Shown here: positions 1 through 9,462 of the stretch, in pieces
Layout: each line of letters opens with the position of its first letter
Position numbering within the stretch: position 1 is the first letter of the stretch
Assembly: GCA_965246945.1 (NCBI GenBank)
Contig: CBDFFW010000001.1
Span: 1,645,639-1,709,638, forward strand
Reading direction: 5' to 3'
Source of the DNA: Alphaproteobacteria bacterium
Lineage (GTDB): Bacteria > Pseudomonadota > Alphaproteobacteria > UBA11073
DNA: 64,000 nt
Notes under the pieces: generated by a model
Seen by the model: the letters and a program-made list of their open reading frames with translations, nothing else
Told to the model about the DNA's origin: nothing
The model's database searches: none
Position numbers and translations under genes: made by a program

Positions 1-110
1 ATGGCCCAAAAGATACTTTTGATATTTTCTTCCAAGCTAGATTCTGGCTTGCGCTTGCTTTTGGCGCGCGTAATCTCCGGTGATTTTTGCGCGGCCCGCG
101 CGGCGGCCAT
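1..110 (-). CDS. Partial hypothetical protein, N-terminal fragment only; start ATG near 110 (alternative GTG near 146), continues past the window edge.
   Basis: The reverse-complement frame is open from about 146 to position 1 and reads VDNLPPLQDLDDMAAARAAQKSPEITRAKSKRKPESSLEENIKSIFWA. It lies downstream of the DsbA-like gene on the same strand. No recognisable motif. Confidence 0.25.
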   Translation of the reverse strand, partial: MAAARAAQKSPEITRAKSKRKPESSLEENIKSIFWA

Positions 111-190
111 ATCATCCAGATCTTGAAGAGGGGGTAAATTATCCACGTGTCTTTTGATAAAGTGATCCGGTTAATGAAACAAGCTTCTGC

Positions 191-769
191 TTATTTTTTG
201 CTGAGCTGATTGACCAGATCAGTAAATTTCTCCACCGATTGTTCGCCTTGCAAGGTGGCGGCACCTTTATTGAAGATAAAGGTTGGGGTGGCTTTCACAT
301 CGCGATGCTGCGTGGCCTCTAACCGCTGAGCTGCAATGGCATCGGCCAAAGCTTTATCTTTTAAACAGCTATCCGCTTCTTGCGTGGTTAACCCGGCCAA
401 TACGGCATAATTTTTGACCACTTGCTGCGGGTCTTTGGCCAGCGCCCATTGCTGAAAATTTTGATAGAGCAACTCGATAAACGGATAAAACTGCGCTTCC
501 GGCACGCAGTAACTCAATTGCGCTGCTTCCAATGCCGGCCGGTCCATCGGGAAATGATGAAAAACAAAACGCGCTTTGCCGGTATCCACCAGCTGCTTCT
601 TCACCTCCGGCCAGGTTTTATTCGTGAAATCCGCACAATGCGTGCAGGTGAGAGAGGCGTATTCATCAATCACCACCGGCGCATCCGGTTTTCCGATTGA
701 CCGTTCAGGCAGTTCTTTGGCAATAGCCGGTAAAGCAAATAATAAAGCGAGAAATGCGTAACGAAGCAT
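191..769 (-). CDS. DsbA-family thiol:disulfide oxidoreductase, periplasmic with a signal peptide
   Basis: N-terminal hydrophobic signal MLRYAFLALLFALPAIA. Thioredoxin-fold CxxC active site (CTHC) in the context YASLTCTHCADF. Confidence 0.8.
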   Translation of the reverse strand: MLRYAFLALLFALPAIAKELPERSIGKPDAPVVIDEYASLTCTHCADFTNKTWPEVKKQLVDTGKARFVFHHFPMDRPALEAAQLSYCVPEAQFYPFIELLYQNFQQWALAKDPQQVVKNYAVLAGLTTQEADSCLKDKALADAIAAQRLEATQHRDVKATPTFIFNKGAATLQGEQSVEKFTDLVNQLSKK

Positions 770-824
770 AGCCGCAGCATAAACCGATTTTATTTCCGCT
801 CAAGTTAAACGCGTGTAATTACTT

Positions 825-1631
825 TTATTTCTGGCACTTTGCACAGAAAAATGTGCTGCGGCCGGCCTGGCGGATTTGATGGATGGGCTGGCCGCATTTG
901 ACACAAGGTTCGCCCGTACGGCCGTAAACCTTGAATTGTTTTTGAAACCAGCCGAGTTCACCGGTGGTGTGCACATAATCCCGCAAGCTGCTGCCACCGG
1001 CATCGATGGAGGCATTTAGTACTTGTTTAATCGCTGGCACCAGCCGTTTGGCTTCCGGCAAGGTGAGCGACTTGGCCGGCCGTTCGGGATGAATGCGCGC
1101 GGTAAATAGCGCTTCGCACACATAAATATTGCCCAAGCCCGCAATACGATTTTGATCAAGCAGTGCACTTTTGATGGGCTGACCGGTCTGCATCACTTGC
1201 TGCAACGCGACTGATGTTAAATCATCACCCAAAGGCTCCAACCCCAATTTGGCAAAGCGCGGGGCATTGGGGCTAACTATCGTTGCTTCCCCAAATTTAC
1301 GTGGGTCGTGCAAGACAATAACCGAACCCGCACTGGTATAAAGCAACAAATGATCATGTTTTTGCGGGATGTAATCGGCTGGAAAATGGCAGAGCCGCCC
1401 GCTCATCCCCAAATGCAAACAGAGATTTTGGCCATTTTTAAAGGTCAGCCAGATGTATTTGGCGCGCCGTTCCACGGCAGTGATTTTATGCCCCGTCAAC
1501 CTCTGCAAGGCCGGTATGTCCAAAACCCAGCGCAATTTGTGCGTATTAACCACCACACGCTTCAGTATTTTATGCAGCAAAAACGGCCGCACCCCGCGCA
1601 CCGTGGTTTCAACTTCCGGTAATTCTGGCAT
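825..1631 (-). CDS. mutM: Formamidopyrimidine-DNA glycosylase (Fpg/MutM)
   Basis: N-terminus MPELPEVE with catalytic Pro2 and Glu3. Central H2TH region. C-terminal zinc finger CVKCGQPIHQIRQAGRSTFFCAKCQK. Confidence 0.95.
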   Translation of the reverse strand: MPELPEVETTVRGVRPFLLHKILKRVVVNTHKLRWVLDIPALQRLTGHKITAVERRAKYIWLTFKNGQNLCLHLGMSGRLCHFPADYIPQKHDHLLLYTSAGSVIVLHDPRKFGEATIVSPNAPRFAKLGLEPLGDDLTSVALQQVMQTGQPIKSALLDQNRIAGLGNIYVCEALFTARIHPERPAKSLTLPEAKRLVPAIKQVLNASIDAGGSSLRDYVHTTGELGWFQKQFKVYGRTGEPCVKCGQPIHQIRQAGRSTFFCAKCQK

Positions 1632-1695
1632 GTAACTATTGCCTTAAGTGTTTGTGCGTTATAGATCTAGGTAAGACTTACTTAAGAGGATAACA

Positions 1696-2355
1696 ATGAC
1701 TATTAGATTTAAACCTACCCAACGTGTCTCTGCGTTTCTTCTAATAGGTGGTTTTGTCTTAGCCGGTTGCAGTAAAGATACCAGTTTTAAGGCCGAAGCA
1801 GGCGATCAAACCGGCAAAGCGGGCATTACTGTTAATACTGGAGCAGCGGCCAATCCGGTACCGCAAGCAACCCCTACATCGCAAATTATTTATGTTCCTG
1901 TGCCAGCTGCCTCAGCGGTGACGGTCGCAGCAACACCAGAACTATCTACTGCACCTTCCGTTATAACAGCATCACCAACGCCACGCGTTGCCGCAAGTAC
2001 AGCACCAACCAAATTACCGGTTGTTATTGTTGATGTAAAAAGCGATTTTGATCGATTATTTCAAGGACAAGAAAGGCGCGATATTGGATTTCCAGGCCCA
2101 GAAAGTTACCGCTATAATCGTATTGTTAACGAACTGTTAAACTTGAAAGAAAACCGTGTTAAATTAGTTAAATTGGCACAAACAAATCCAACATTGTATC
2201 GGCAAACTTTAGAAGGTTTAAAAGATTCTGTTTTTTGTGGCGGCCTAGGTTGTTTTGATCCAAAAGCCAATGACACCGTATCGAAAGCTGGCTTCGATGA
2301 ACATACTTTTAAGCCAACTGGCCCTAGTTTTTTTGGCACAAGTCCTTCCCAATAA
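1696..2355 (+). CDS. Hypothetical lipoprotein
   Basis: Signal peptide with lipobox LAGC. Pro/Ala/Thr-rich linker, then a C-terminal globular part. No recognisable catalytic motif. Confidence 0.5.
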   Translation: MTIRFKPTQRVSAFLLIGGFVLAGCSKDTSFKAEAGDQTGKAGITVNTGAAANPVPQATPTSQIIYVPVPAASAVTVAATPELSTAPSVITASPTPRVAASTAPTKLPVVIVDVKSDFDRLFQGQERRDIGFPGPESYRYNRIVNELLNLKENRVKLVKLAQTNPTLYRQTLEGLKDSVFCGGLGCFDPKANDTVSKAGFDEHTFKPTGPSFFGTSPSQ

Positions 2356-2380
2356 TTAGTGATTAAATTATTCTAATTTT

Positions 2381-3148
2381 GTGAAAGAATCTATTCAAAA
2401 TATCGCTCAAAATCACGCACAAGCGTTTGGCGAAAAGCACGTCACGCCAGCTGAAAAAACGGCTGGTGTACGGGCGGTTTTTAACCGCGTGGCGGGTAAA
2501 TATGATGTGATGAATGATGCAATGTCGCTTGGAGCGCATCGTATCTGGAAACAGTTATTTGTGTATGATGTCGCCCCGAAAAGTGACGAACAGATTCTGG
2601 ATGTGGCAGGCGGCACTGGCGATATCAGCCGCTTGCTGTATAGCAGTACCCGCGGGCAAGCGAAAATAACAGTCTGCGATCCCAGTTTGGCGATGATGAA
2701 AATCGGCCGCCAGCGCAGCCTGGCCCGCGGCATCACTGTCATTGATTGGGTAGAAGGCATGGCTGAAAAATTGCCATTTAGCGACGCGCAATTTGATGCC
2801 TACACCATTTCATTCGGCCTGCGGAATGTGACTGATTTAGCGGTCGGCTTGCGCGAGGCTTACCGTGTATTAAAACCAGGCGGCCGCTTTTTCTGTATGG
2901 AATTCACGCAGGTCGAAACGCCATGGCTGGCGGCGCTTTACCGCGCCTACAACCGCTATGCCCTGCCCGCGTTGGGTCAGCTATTGGCGCAAGATGCAGA
3001 AAGTTATCAATATCTGGCCGAAAGCATTGCGCGTTTTCCCAACGCCGACGCACTTACTACATTAATCGCACAGGCTGGCTTCACCAATACTCGGCATCAT
3101 TTTTTAAGCGGCGGGATTGTGGCAATTCATTCTGCATACAAAAAATGA
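2381..3148 (+). CDS. ubiE: Ubiquinone/menaquinone biosynthesis C-methyltransferase UbiE; GTG start
   Basis: Class I SAM-methyltransferase motif I LDVAGGTGD. The whole protein reads as UbiE/MenG family (YDVMNDAMSLGAHRIWK, PGGRFFCMEF). Confidence 0.9.
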   Translation: MKESIQNIAQNHAQAFGEKHVTPAEKTAGVRAVFNRVAGKYDVMNDAMSLGAHRIWKQLFVYDVAPKSDEQILDVAGGTGDISRLLYSSTRGQAKITVCDPSLAMMKIGRQRSLARGITVIDWVEGMAEKLPFSDAQFDAYTISFGLRNVTDLAVGLREAYRVLKPGGRFFCMEFTQVETPWLAALYRAYNRYALPALGQLLAQDAESYQYLAESIARFPNADALTTLIAQAGFTNTRHHFLSGGIVAIHSAYKK

Positions 3149-3194
3149 TTGCTTTAAAAATAGTTGCATACAAATCTATTTATGGAAGGTCGAT

Positions 3195-3707
3195 ATGACA
3201 GAAGATACAGCTAAAACACGCATTATTTTTGTAGGTGTGGAACGCCATAAATCATTATATGGTCAGGGTTTAAAAGCTCCCCACACGGAATTTATGTGTT
3301 ATGTGCAATTACCACAATCAGAATCTTATGAACAAGTATCTGGGCAAGGATTGCGTCTAATGATAACGGCTAATGTTACTAAATTGGATGGAACAAAATT
3401 ATTTGATGGCAAAAATCCAATTTTAGTTGTTTCAGCTGCTAAAGCTTTAATTTCAGCGCCAACTAGAGAACATCAAATTCAAATCGCTAGCCGAATTCAA
3501 AATATTGAATTTCAAATGAGTTTACCTTACTTGAAATTTGAAAAAGGTATCAATCCTGAAGAATTTTATGTTCGCGCTGATGCAGTAGAGCAATATGTAG
3601 GAGCCAGTCATAAACTTAATATTCCAGGTACGCACGATTATGCTCGAGGTATTATTGCGACTAGAGGCTATGATTTTGATGGTATTCCAATTCCTGCATC
3701 ATTTTAG
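3195..3707 (+). CDS. Hypothetical protein in an AT-rich inserted islet
   Basis: Uninterrupted 170-aa frame with RBS-like GGAAGG 4 nt upstream of ATG 3195. The longer ORF from 3117 seems unlikely to be real. Composition is visibly AT-richer than the flanking ubiE and coaBC. No motif recognised. Confidence 0.45.
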   Translation: MTEDTAKTRIIFVGVERHKSLYGQGLKAPHTEFMCYVQLPQSESYEQVSGQGLRLMITANVTKLDGTKLFDGKNPILVVSAAKALISAPTREHQIQIASRIQNIEFQMSLPYLKFEKGINPEEFYVRADAVEQYVGASHKLNIPGTHDYARGIIATRGYDFDGIPIPASF

Positions 3708-3744
3708 TATTTATGTAAAATGATCATGTGCTAATATGTAATTA

Positions 3745-4977
3745 TTGAAAATTCTTCTTATCATCACTGGCGGGGTGGCGGCTTATAAGGCGCTTGAGCT
3801 GATCCGCCGGTTGCGTGATGCTGGCTGCGAAGTTGTGCCGGTCTTAACCGCAGGGGCCAAGCAGTTTATTACGCCGCTGTCAGTGGCCAGTTTGGCGCAG
3901 CATAAAGTTTACGATGATTTATGGTCGCTGACCGACGAAGCAGAAATGGGCCATATTCGCCTGGCCCGCGAAACCGATCTGGTTTTAGTCACCCCAGCGA
4001 CAGCGCATTTCATGGCCAAAATGGCCCTTGGCTTGGCCGATGATTTGGCGAGCACATTATGCCTAGCTACCGATAAGCCCATTTTCATTGCTCCCGCCAT
4101 GAACCCGGTGATGTGGGCCGCACCGGCCACGCAAGCGAATGTGCAAACCCTGCAAGCGCGGGGTGTGCAGTTTATAGGTCCAACCGGCGGCGATATGGCT
4201 TGCGGTGAAAATGGTGAAGGCCGTTTGGCGGAAATTGATGCAATTGTCACAGCTGTGTTGTCATCCTCAACGCGCAGCGTGAGGGATCTCAGTAACAAAA
4301 TGGCTCCCCGTGCCGATGGCGCGAAGATGACAACAATTTTGCAAGGCAAACATGTGCTGGTCACCACTGGCCCGACGCAAGAGGCCATTGATCCCGTGCG
4401 TTATCTTACCAATCATTCCAGCGGCAAACAGGGTGTGGCTATTGCCGTGGCTTTGGAGACTGCGGGTGCGCAGGTTACTCTGGTGCACGGCCCGCTGCAA
4501 ATCGCTGTGCCCAATGGTATTAAATCCATACCTGTAACCACCGCCAAAGAAATGCTGGCTGCTTGCGAGACTGCCTTGCCCGCCGATATCGCCATTTGCG
4601 CAGCGGCAGTGAGCGATTGGCAGGCCGAAGTCGCGCCGCAAAAATTGAAAAAGCGCAACGGCGAAAATACCTTAACCATGCAATTGCAGCAAACGCCTGA
4701 TATTCTCGCCGCGCTTAGCCAGCACCCAACACTGCGCCCCAAAATCGTGATCGGCTTTGCGGCGGAAACCGATGATTTGCTGGCCAATGCCCAAGGTAAA
4801 CTGATGCGTAAAGGCTGTGATGCGCTTATCGCCAATCAGGCTGGCGCGGTTTTTGGCAGTGATGATAATGAGATCTGGTTTTTAACCCCTCATGCCGCAC
4901 CCCAACACTGGCCTCGCCAAAGCAAACAGGCAATTGCCGAACGCTTGGTCGCCGCCATTATTCAACAGCTTGCTTGA
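3745..4977 (+). CDS. coaBC: Bifunctional phosphopantothenoylcysteine decarboxylase / phosphopantothenate-cysteine ligase (CoaBC/Dfp); TTG start
   Basis: N-terminal flavoprotein domain KILLIITGGVAAYKALELIRRL. C-terminal CoaB domain (HVLVTTGPTQEAIDPVRYLTNHSSGKQG). Confidence 0.9.
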   Translation: MKILLIITGGVAAYKALELIRRLRDAGCEVVPVLTAGAKQFITPLSVASLAQHKVYDDLWSLTDEAEMGHIRLARETDLVLVTPATAHFMAKMALGLADDLASTLCLATDKPIFIAPAMNPVMWAAPATQANVQTLQARGVQFIGPTGGDMACGENGEGRLAEIDAIVTAVLSSSTRSVRDLSNKMAPRADGAKMTTILQGKHVLVTTGPTQEAIDPVRYLTNHSSGKQGVAIAVALETAGAQVTLVHGPLQIAVPNGIKSIPVTTAKEMLAACETALPADIAICAAAVSDWQAEVAPQKLKKRNGENTLTMQLQQTPDILAALSQHPTLRPKIVIGFAAETDDLLANAQGKLMRKGCDALIANQAGAVFGSDDNEIWFLTPHAAPQHWPRQSKQAIAERLVAAIIQQLA

Positions 4978-4992
4978 TCTTGAGCGCGGCAA

Positions 4993-5550
4993 TTGCCACA
5001 TTCAAAGCAAATGAATACTGAAACCATGCATTCCACCACGGTGATCGCCGTGAAAAAAGACGGGCAGACGGTGATTGCGGCCGATGGGCAGGTATCGCTG
5101 GGCCCGACCATCATCAAAGATAATGCGCGCAAGGTGCGCCGCCTGGCTGGTGATAAAGTGATTGCCGGTTTTGCCGGAGCAACCGCCGATGCATTTACGC
5201 TATTTGAACGCTTGGAAAAAAAGCTGGAGCAATATCCCACCCAGCTGCTGCGTGCCTGTGTGGAGCTGGCCAAAGACTGGCGGACCGACCGTTATTTGCG
5301 CAAACTGGAAGCATTATTACTGGTCGCCGATAAAGAAACGCTGCTGATGATCACCGGCAATGGCGATGTGATTGAACCCAGCGATGGGTTGATGGCCATC
5401 GGCAGTGGCGGCAACTACGCGCTATCCGCTGGCCGCGCATTATATGATCTGGAAGGCCACACCGCCGAAGCCATCGCCCGCCGCGCCCTCAAAATCGCAG
5501 GTGAGATTTGCGTATATACCAACCATAATGTGACGCTGGAGGAAATTTGA
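4993..5550 (+). CDS. hslV: ATP-dependent protease subunit HslV; alternative starts at 5011 or 5026, with the N-terminal propeptide typical of alphaproteobacteria
   Basis: The [23 protein letters not shown] motif places the catalytic Thr after a short leader. Ntn-hydrolase family. Confidence 0.9.
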   Translation: MPHSKQMNTETMHSTTVIAVKKDGQTVIAADGQVSLGPTIIKDNARKVRRLAGDKVIAGFAGATADAFTLFERLEKKLEQYPTQLLRACVELAKDWRTDRYLRKLEALLLVADKETLLMITGNGDVIEPSDGLMAIGSGGNYALSAGRALYDLEGHTAEAIARRALKIAGEICVYTNHNVTLEEI

Positions 5551-5594
5551 TTCTTAGCACGCAGAATTTGTAATCGGAAACAAAGGTTAATACA

Positions 5595-6920
5595 TTGCAT
5601 CTAATGCAATCCTTAACGCCCAAACACATCGTCGCGGAATTAGACCGGTTTATTGTCGGGCAAAATGCGGCCAAAAAAGCGGTGGCGCTAGCGCTGCGTA
5701 ATCGCTGGCGGCGGATGAGCCTGCCGGAAGATCTGCGCGCGGAGGTAACGCCGAAAAATATTTTGATGATTGGACCGACAGGTGTAGGGAAAACGGAAAT
5801 TGCGCGCCGTTTGGCCAAACTGGCCGATGCACCGTTTATTAAAGTGGAAGCGACAAAATTTACCGAAGTGGGTTATGTGGGCCGCGATGTGGATAGCATT
5901 ATCCGCGATTTGCTCGATAACGCGATTATTCAAAAGCGTGCACAACAACGCCGCAGTGTCGAAGAACAGGCCAAGGAAGCAACCCTTAACCGCATTATTG
6001 AGGCACTGGTTGGCGCGCAGGCCAGCCCAGCCACGCGGGACAGCTTTCGCAAAAAACTGGATGCCGGCGAATTGGAAGATACCGAAATTGAAGTAGAAGT
6101 GAATGATAATGGCAGTTCGGCCCTGCCCACTTTTGATATTCCTGGGATGCCAGGCGCGCAAATGGGCATGCTAAATATCGGTGATATGCTGGGCAAGGCG
6201 CTCGGCACCCGCACGCGCCGCCGCAAGCTAACCGTAGCGCAAGCGCGTGAAGTATTGGCGACCGAAGAAGCCGATAAATTGTTGGATGAAGAAAAACTAA
6301 TTAGCGAAGCCAAAACCCTGGTTGAACAAAACGGCATTGTGTTTTTGGATGAGGTCGACAAAATTGCCGCGCGCAGCGAAGGCCGCAGTGGCGGCGGTGA
6401 TGTCTCCCGCGAAGGCGTACAGCGCGATTTACTGCCGCTGATTGAAGGCACGACCGTGAGCACCAAGCACGGCCCGGTGCAAACTGATCATATTTTATTC
6501 ATCGCTTCCGGCGCATTTCATGTGTCTAAACCATCCGACTTATTGCCGGAATTGCAAGGCCGCCTGCCAATCCGTGTGGAATTAGAAGCCTTGAAGGTGG
6601 ACGATTTTAAACGCATTTTGATTGAGCCTGAACATAGCCTGCTGAAGCAATATATCGCGTTGTTAGATGTAGAGGGCGTGACGTTGACGGTGGAACCGGC
6701 CGCCGTGGACGCGCTGGCGCAACTGGCATTTGATATCAATAACAGCGTCGAAAATATTGGGGCGCGGCGTTTGCATACGGTGCTGGAAAAATTGCTGGAA
6801 GATATCAGCTTTAATGCCAGCGAACGCGGCGGCGAAGCGATTACGATTGATGAGCCATATGTGCAAGAACGCCTGGCCGAACTGGCGAAAAACACCGATT
6901 TAAGCCGGTATGTTTTGTGA
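5595..6920 (+). CDS. hslU: ATP-dependent protease ATPase subunit HslU; the start may be ATG 5604
   Basis: AAA+ Walker [16 protein letters not shown], Walker [11 protein letters not shown], sensor and I-domain. Adjacent to hslV. Confidence 0.95.
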   Translation: MHLMQSLTPKHIVAELDRFIVGQNAAKKAVALALRNRWRRMSLPEDLRAEVTPKNILMIGPTGVGKTEIARRLAKLADAPFIKVEATKFTEVGYVGRDVDSIIRDLLDNAIIQKRAQQRRSVEEQAKEATLNRIIEALVGAQASPATRDSFRKKLDAGELEDTEIEVEVNDNGSSALPTFDIPGMPGAQMGMLNIGDMLGKALGTRTRRRKLTVAQAREVLATEEADKLLDEEKLISEAKTLVEQNGIVFLDEVDKIAARSEGRSGGGDVSREGVQRDLLPLIEGTTVSTKHGPVQTDHILFIASGAFHVSKPSDLLPELQGRLPIRVELEALKVDDFKRILIEPEHSLLKQYIALLDVEGVTLTVEPAAVDALAQLAFDINNSVENIGARRLHTVLEKLLEDISFNASERGGEAITIDEPYVQERLAELAKNTDLSRYVL

Positions 6921-6937
6921 TTGCACTGGCGCGCTAA

Positions 6938-7076
6938 CCCTCCCCTTGCGGGAGGGTCGAAAAAATGTTTTGCATTTTTTCGGGGTGGGGGCTGGGCTAA
7001 CGGCCCCCCACACACCAAGTTTTTCTAAATTCACTATGTTCATTAAGAAAAACTATCCTCTCCCGCAAAGGGAGAG
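6938..7076. repeat. Cluster of four stem-loops in the hslU-tsaE spacer
   Basis: Four hairpins read by eye: CCCTCCCCTTGCGGGAGGG, CGAAAAAATGTTTTGCATTTTTTCG, TGGGGGCTGGGCTAACGGCCCCC (approximate) and CCTCTCCCGCAAAGGGAGAGG. The first and last are near-identical in design. Confidence 0.5.
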
Positions 7077-7079
7077 GTA

Positions 7080-7505
7080 GTGGTCGCTCTAATAGCTACC
7101 AATGGCGAAGCAGAAACGTGTAGCTGGGCAGCAGCTTTTGCGGCTGGTTTGCACGCGCCATCGTTAGTTTTTCTACATGGTGAATTAGGGATGGGTAAAA
7201 GCGTGATTGCCCGCACCATTATTCAAACATTAAACGGTGCGCCGGATTTAATTGTGCCAAGCCCGACTTTCACATTGGTACAATCTTACGATACCGCACA
7301 AGGGACAATCTGGCATTACGATCTATATCGTTTAAGTGACAGCGATGAAATTTGGGAATTGGCATGGGAGGAAGCATTGCAGGGCATCACCCTGGTCGAA
7401 TGGTCGGAGCGCCTGGCGGGCCGTTTCAACCCTGATTATGATATAACTTTAACGCTTGGCGACACCGCAGACGAACGTATAATTGAATCACTTCGCCATG
7501 GCTGA
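7080..7505 (+). CDS. tsaE: tRNA threonylcarbamoyladenosine biosynthesis protein TsaE (YjeE ATPase)
   Basis: P-loop LHGELGMGKSVIARTI. Its small size and conserved position are typical of TsaE. Confidence 0.8.
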   Translation: MVALIATNGEAETCSWAAAFAAGLHAPSLVFLHGELGMGKSVIARTIIQTLNGAPDLIVPSPTFTLVQSYDTAQGTIWHYDLYRLSDSDEIWELAWEEALQGITLVEWSERLAGRFNPDYDITLTLGDTADERIIESLRHG

Positions 7506-8265
7506 ACACATAACCCAGGCAGTGGTGCTGGCCGCCGGTAAAGGCGAACGCATGCGCCCGCTGACCGATCACACGCCCAAGCCGTTGTTGCCAGTGCTTG
7601 GTATTACACCGCTGGCCCGCTGCATCAATGCCTTGGTGCAGGCAGACATCACCACTATTATTGTAAATTATCATCATCTCGGCGCCCAAATAAGCAACGC
7701 CGTTGGGATGCTGGCCAAAGATTACCCGAATGTTACATTTCATCTGCAGGATGAAACAGCACAATTATTAGATACCGGTGGCACCATGCGGCGTGCGCTG
7801 CCGTTACTGGGCCAAGCACCTTTTTTCACGGTAAATGCAGCCGATTTTTGGGAAGATGGCGATAGTCCGGCCCTGCAGCGGATGCAAAATACCTGGGACG
7901 CTGAAAAAATGGATGCGTTGCTCCTGTTGCATGCCGCCGCCAATATTCGCGGCGATATGCAAAATGGTAATTTTGTATTTGATCCATTATCGTTATCCGA
8001 TCATGCAACACGGGCTGACGATGATAATTCAATCAGCGGACCCATCCAATTCAAATTGGCCAGCGTGCAACAGGCCTATATGTTCGGCAGCGTCACGCTT
8101 ATCAAACCGGAATTATTTGCGGCCTATCCGCTTAATCACATTTTCTCCCAGCGCCTGATATGGGAAGAATTAGCGGCACGGCAGCGCTTATATGGCCTGT
8201 TACACGATAATTTGTGGTATCATTTAACCAGCCCCGCCGATTATACCGCGCTTAATCCGGCTTGA
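7498..8265 (+). CDS. Sugar-phosphate nucleotidyltransferase, MurU-like NTP-transferase family
   Basis: N-terminal VVLAAGKGERMRPLTDHTPKPLLPV motif (GxGxR nucleotidyltransferase fold). ATG 7498 overlaps the tsaE stop (ATGGCTGA). In many alphaproteobacteria a tsaE-nucleotidyltransferase block includes MurU. Confidence 0.65.
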   Translation: MAEHITQAVVLAAGKGERMRPLTDHTPKPLLPVLGITPLARCINALVQADITTIIVNYHHLGAQISNAVGMLAKDYPNVTFHLQDETAQLLDTGGTMRRALPLLGQAPFFTVNAADFWEDGDSPALQRMQNTWDAEKMDALLLLHAAANIRGDMQNGNFVFDPLSLSDHATRADDDNSISGPIQFKLASVQQAYMFGSVTLIKPELFAAYPLNHIFSQRLIWEELAARQRLYGLLHDNLWYHLTSPADYTALNPA

Positions 8266-8290
8266 CTTTTCGTACGCAATATCGTACGCT
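8262..8290 (+). promoter_or_regulatory. Putative yefM-yoeB promoter with overlapping operator repeats; predicted near-leaderless transcript
   Basis: TTGACT, then a 17-nt spacer, then TACGCT. This ends 7 nt before ATG 8298. The spacer and -10 contain two CGTACG cores spaced 12 bp centre to centre. Confidence 0.45.
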
Positions 8291-8297
8291 ATGTCTT

Positions 8298-8543
8298 ATG
8301 AACGTTATCACCGTTAGCAATGCTCGTGCCAATTTATACCGCTTGGTGGATGAGGTCAGCGAAAATTCTGAACCCACAATGCTAGTTGGCAAGCGGCATA
8401 ATGCCGTGCTGATTTCCGAAGAGGAATGGCGCGGTATTCAAGAGACCTTATATTTATCTTCTATTCCCGGCATGGTGGAATCGATTAAGGCGGCAGCGGC
8501 TGAGCCTTTAAGTGAAGGTTCTAAAACATTGGAGTGGGAATAA
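8298..8543 (+). CDS. yefM: Type II antitoxin YefM (Phd/YefM family)
   Basis: MNVITVSNARANLYRLVDEV...LISEEEWRGIQETLYLSSIPGM aligns along its length with E. coli YefM. Overlaps the toxin gene by TAATG. Confidence 0.85.
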   Translation: MNVITVSNARANLYRLVDEVSENSEPTMLVGKRHNAVLISEEEWRGIQETLYLSSIPGMVESIKAAAAEPLSEGSKTLEWE

Positions 8544-8800
8544 TGATTTGGGAAATCATCTATTCGAAACAAGCCCAAAAAGATGCAAAAAAAATTGGCC
8601 GTTCAAATCTAAAAAGTAAAGTTCAAGAAATTTTAGATGTATTGAAGAATGATCCGTTACAACCACCTTATGAAAAATTGATTGGCGATTTAGAAGATTA
8701 TTATTCCCGCCGTATCAATCGCCAACACCGTTTGGTTTATGAAGTTATTCGAAGTGAGAAAACGGTCCACATCCTTAAAATGTGGACGCATTACGAATAA
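8543..8800 (+). CDS. yoeB: Type II toxin YoeB (mRNA interferase, RelE/ParE superfamily)
   Basis: MIWEIIYSKQAQKD...YYSRRINRQHRLVYEV...HILKMWTHYE is the YoeB signature. C-terminal catalytic His and Tyr are present. Confidence 0.85.
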   Translation: MIWEIIYSKQAQKDAKKIGRSNLKSKVQEILDVLKNDPLQPPYEKLIGDLEDYYSRRINRQHRLVYEVIRSEKTVHILKMWTHYE

Positions 8801-8802
8801 AA

Positions 8803-9408
8803 CTAAGCCGTCTTATCAATCTTGGCCGCAGCAACATCACCTTTGGCCACCGCCACGCGGGCTGGGCGCAACAAACGATCATGCAGCATGTAACCGGCCT
8901 GGACAACTTGGGTAATGGTGCCGGCTGGCTTGCCGGTATTTTCCTGTTCCAACATCACTTCATGCTTGTTCGGATCAAAACTTTGATCTTTGGCTTCAAA
9001 GCGGCGCACGCCGAAACGTTCCAGCACTTGCTGCATTTGCCGCTCGGTTGCTTCAATGCCCACAAACAGGCTTTTGACATTGTCATCCATTTTATCACGC
9101 GCTTCGGGCGGCAAGGCATTTAATGCCAAAGTAAAATTATCGGCGACTTGTAACATATCCCGCGCCATTTCGGTGACACCGAATTTCATGGCTTCTTCCC
9201 GGTCTTTGGCGGCGCGGCGACGGGTGTTTTCAGCTTCTGCCATCGCACGTAAAGCTTTGTCTTTTAGTGCATTAATTTCGGTTTCCAGCGCACTGAGACG
9301 GGCCAAGGGATCATCGCTGTCCAAATCGCTAAGCGCCGATAGGACCTCAGCATCTATTATTTCATGGTCATCTTGCGGCGCTTCGGCGGCGTTTGCTTGG
9401 TCGTTCAT
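8803..9408 (-). CDS. grpE: Nucleotide exchange factor GrpE
   Basis: Coiled-coil N-terminus plus C-terminal GrpE domain (FDPNKHEVMLEQEN...VVQAGYMLHDRLLRPARVAV). Immediately downstream of hrcA. Confidence 0.9.
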   Translation of the reverse strand: MNDQANAAEAPQDDHEIIDAEVLSALSDLDSDDPLARLSALETEINALKDKALRAMAEAENTRRRAAKDREEAMKFGVTEMARDMLQVADNFTLALNALPPEARDKMDDNVKSLFVGIEATERQMQQVLERFGVRRFEAKDQSFDPNKHEVMLEQENTGKPAGTITQVVQAGYMLHDRLLRPARVAVAKGDVAAAKIDKTA

Positions 9409-9462
9409 TTGTTATAATCATGGGGTGTAAGATCACAGAATTCAAGGGTATTTGTTGCTTAG

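Noticed and set aside
3909-4835. Three minus-strand ORFs (159, 124 and 140 aa) inside coaBC
   Set aside because: They are fully embedded antisense in a well-supported conserved gene, which is typical of GC-rich spurious frames.
5586-5606. Small hairpin ACATTGCATCTAATGCAATCC between hslV and hslU
   Set aside because: It overlaps the probable hslU start codon (ATG 5604) and sits inside an operon. It is more likely a coincidental palindrome than a terminator.
5930-7018. Minus-strand ORFs of 178 and 166 aa over hslU and the hslU-tsaE spacer
   Set aside because: They are antisense to hslU. The 3' one runs through the hairpin-repeat spacer. Neither has a recognisable motif or an RBS.
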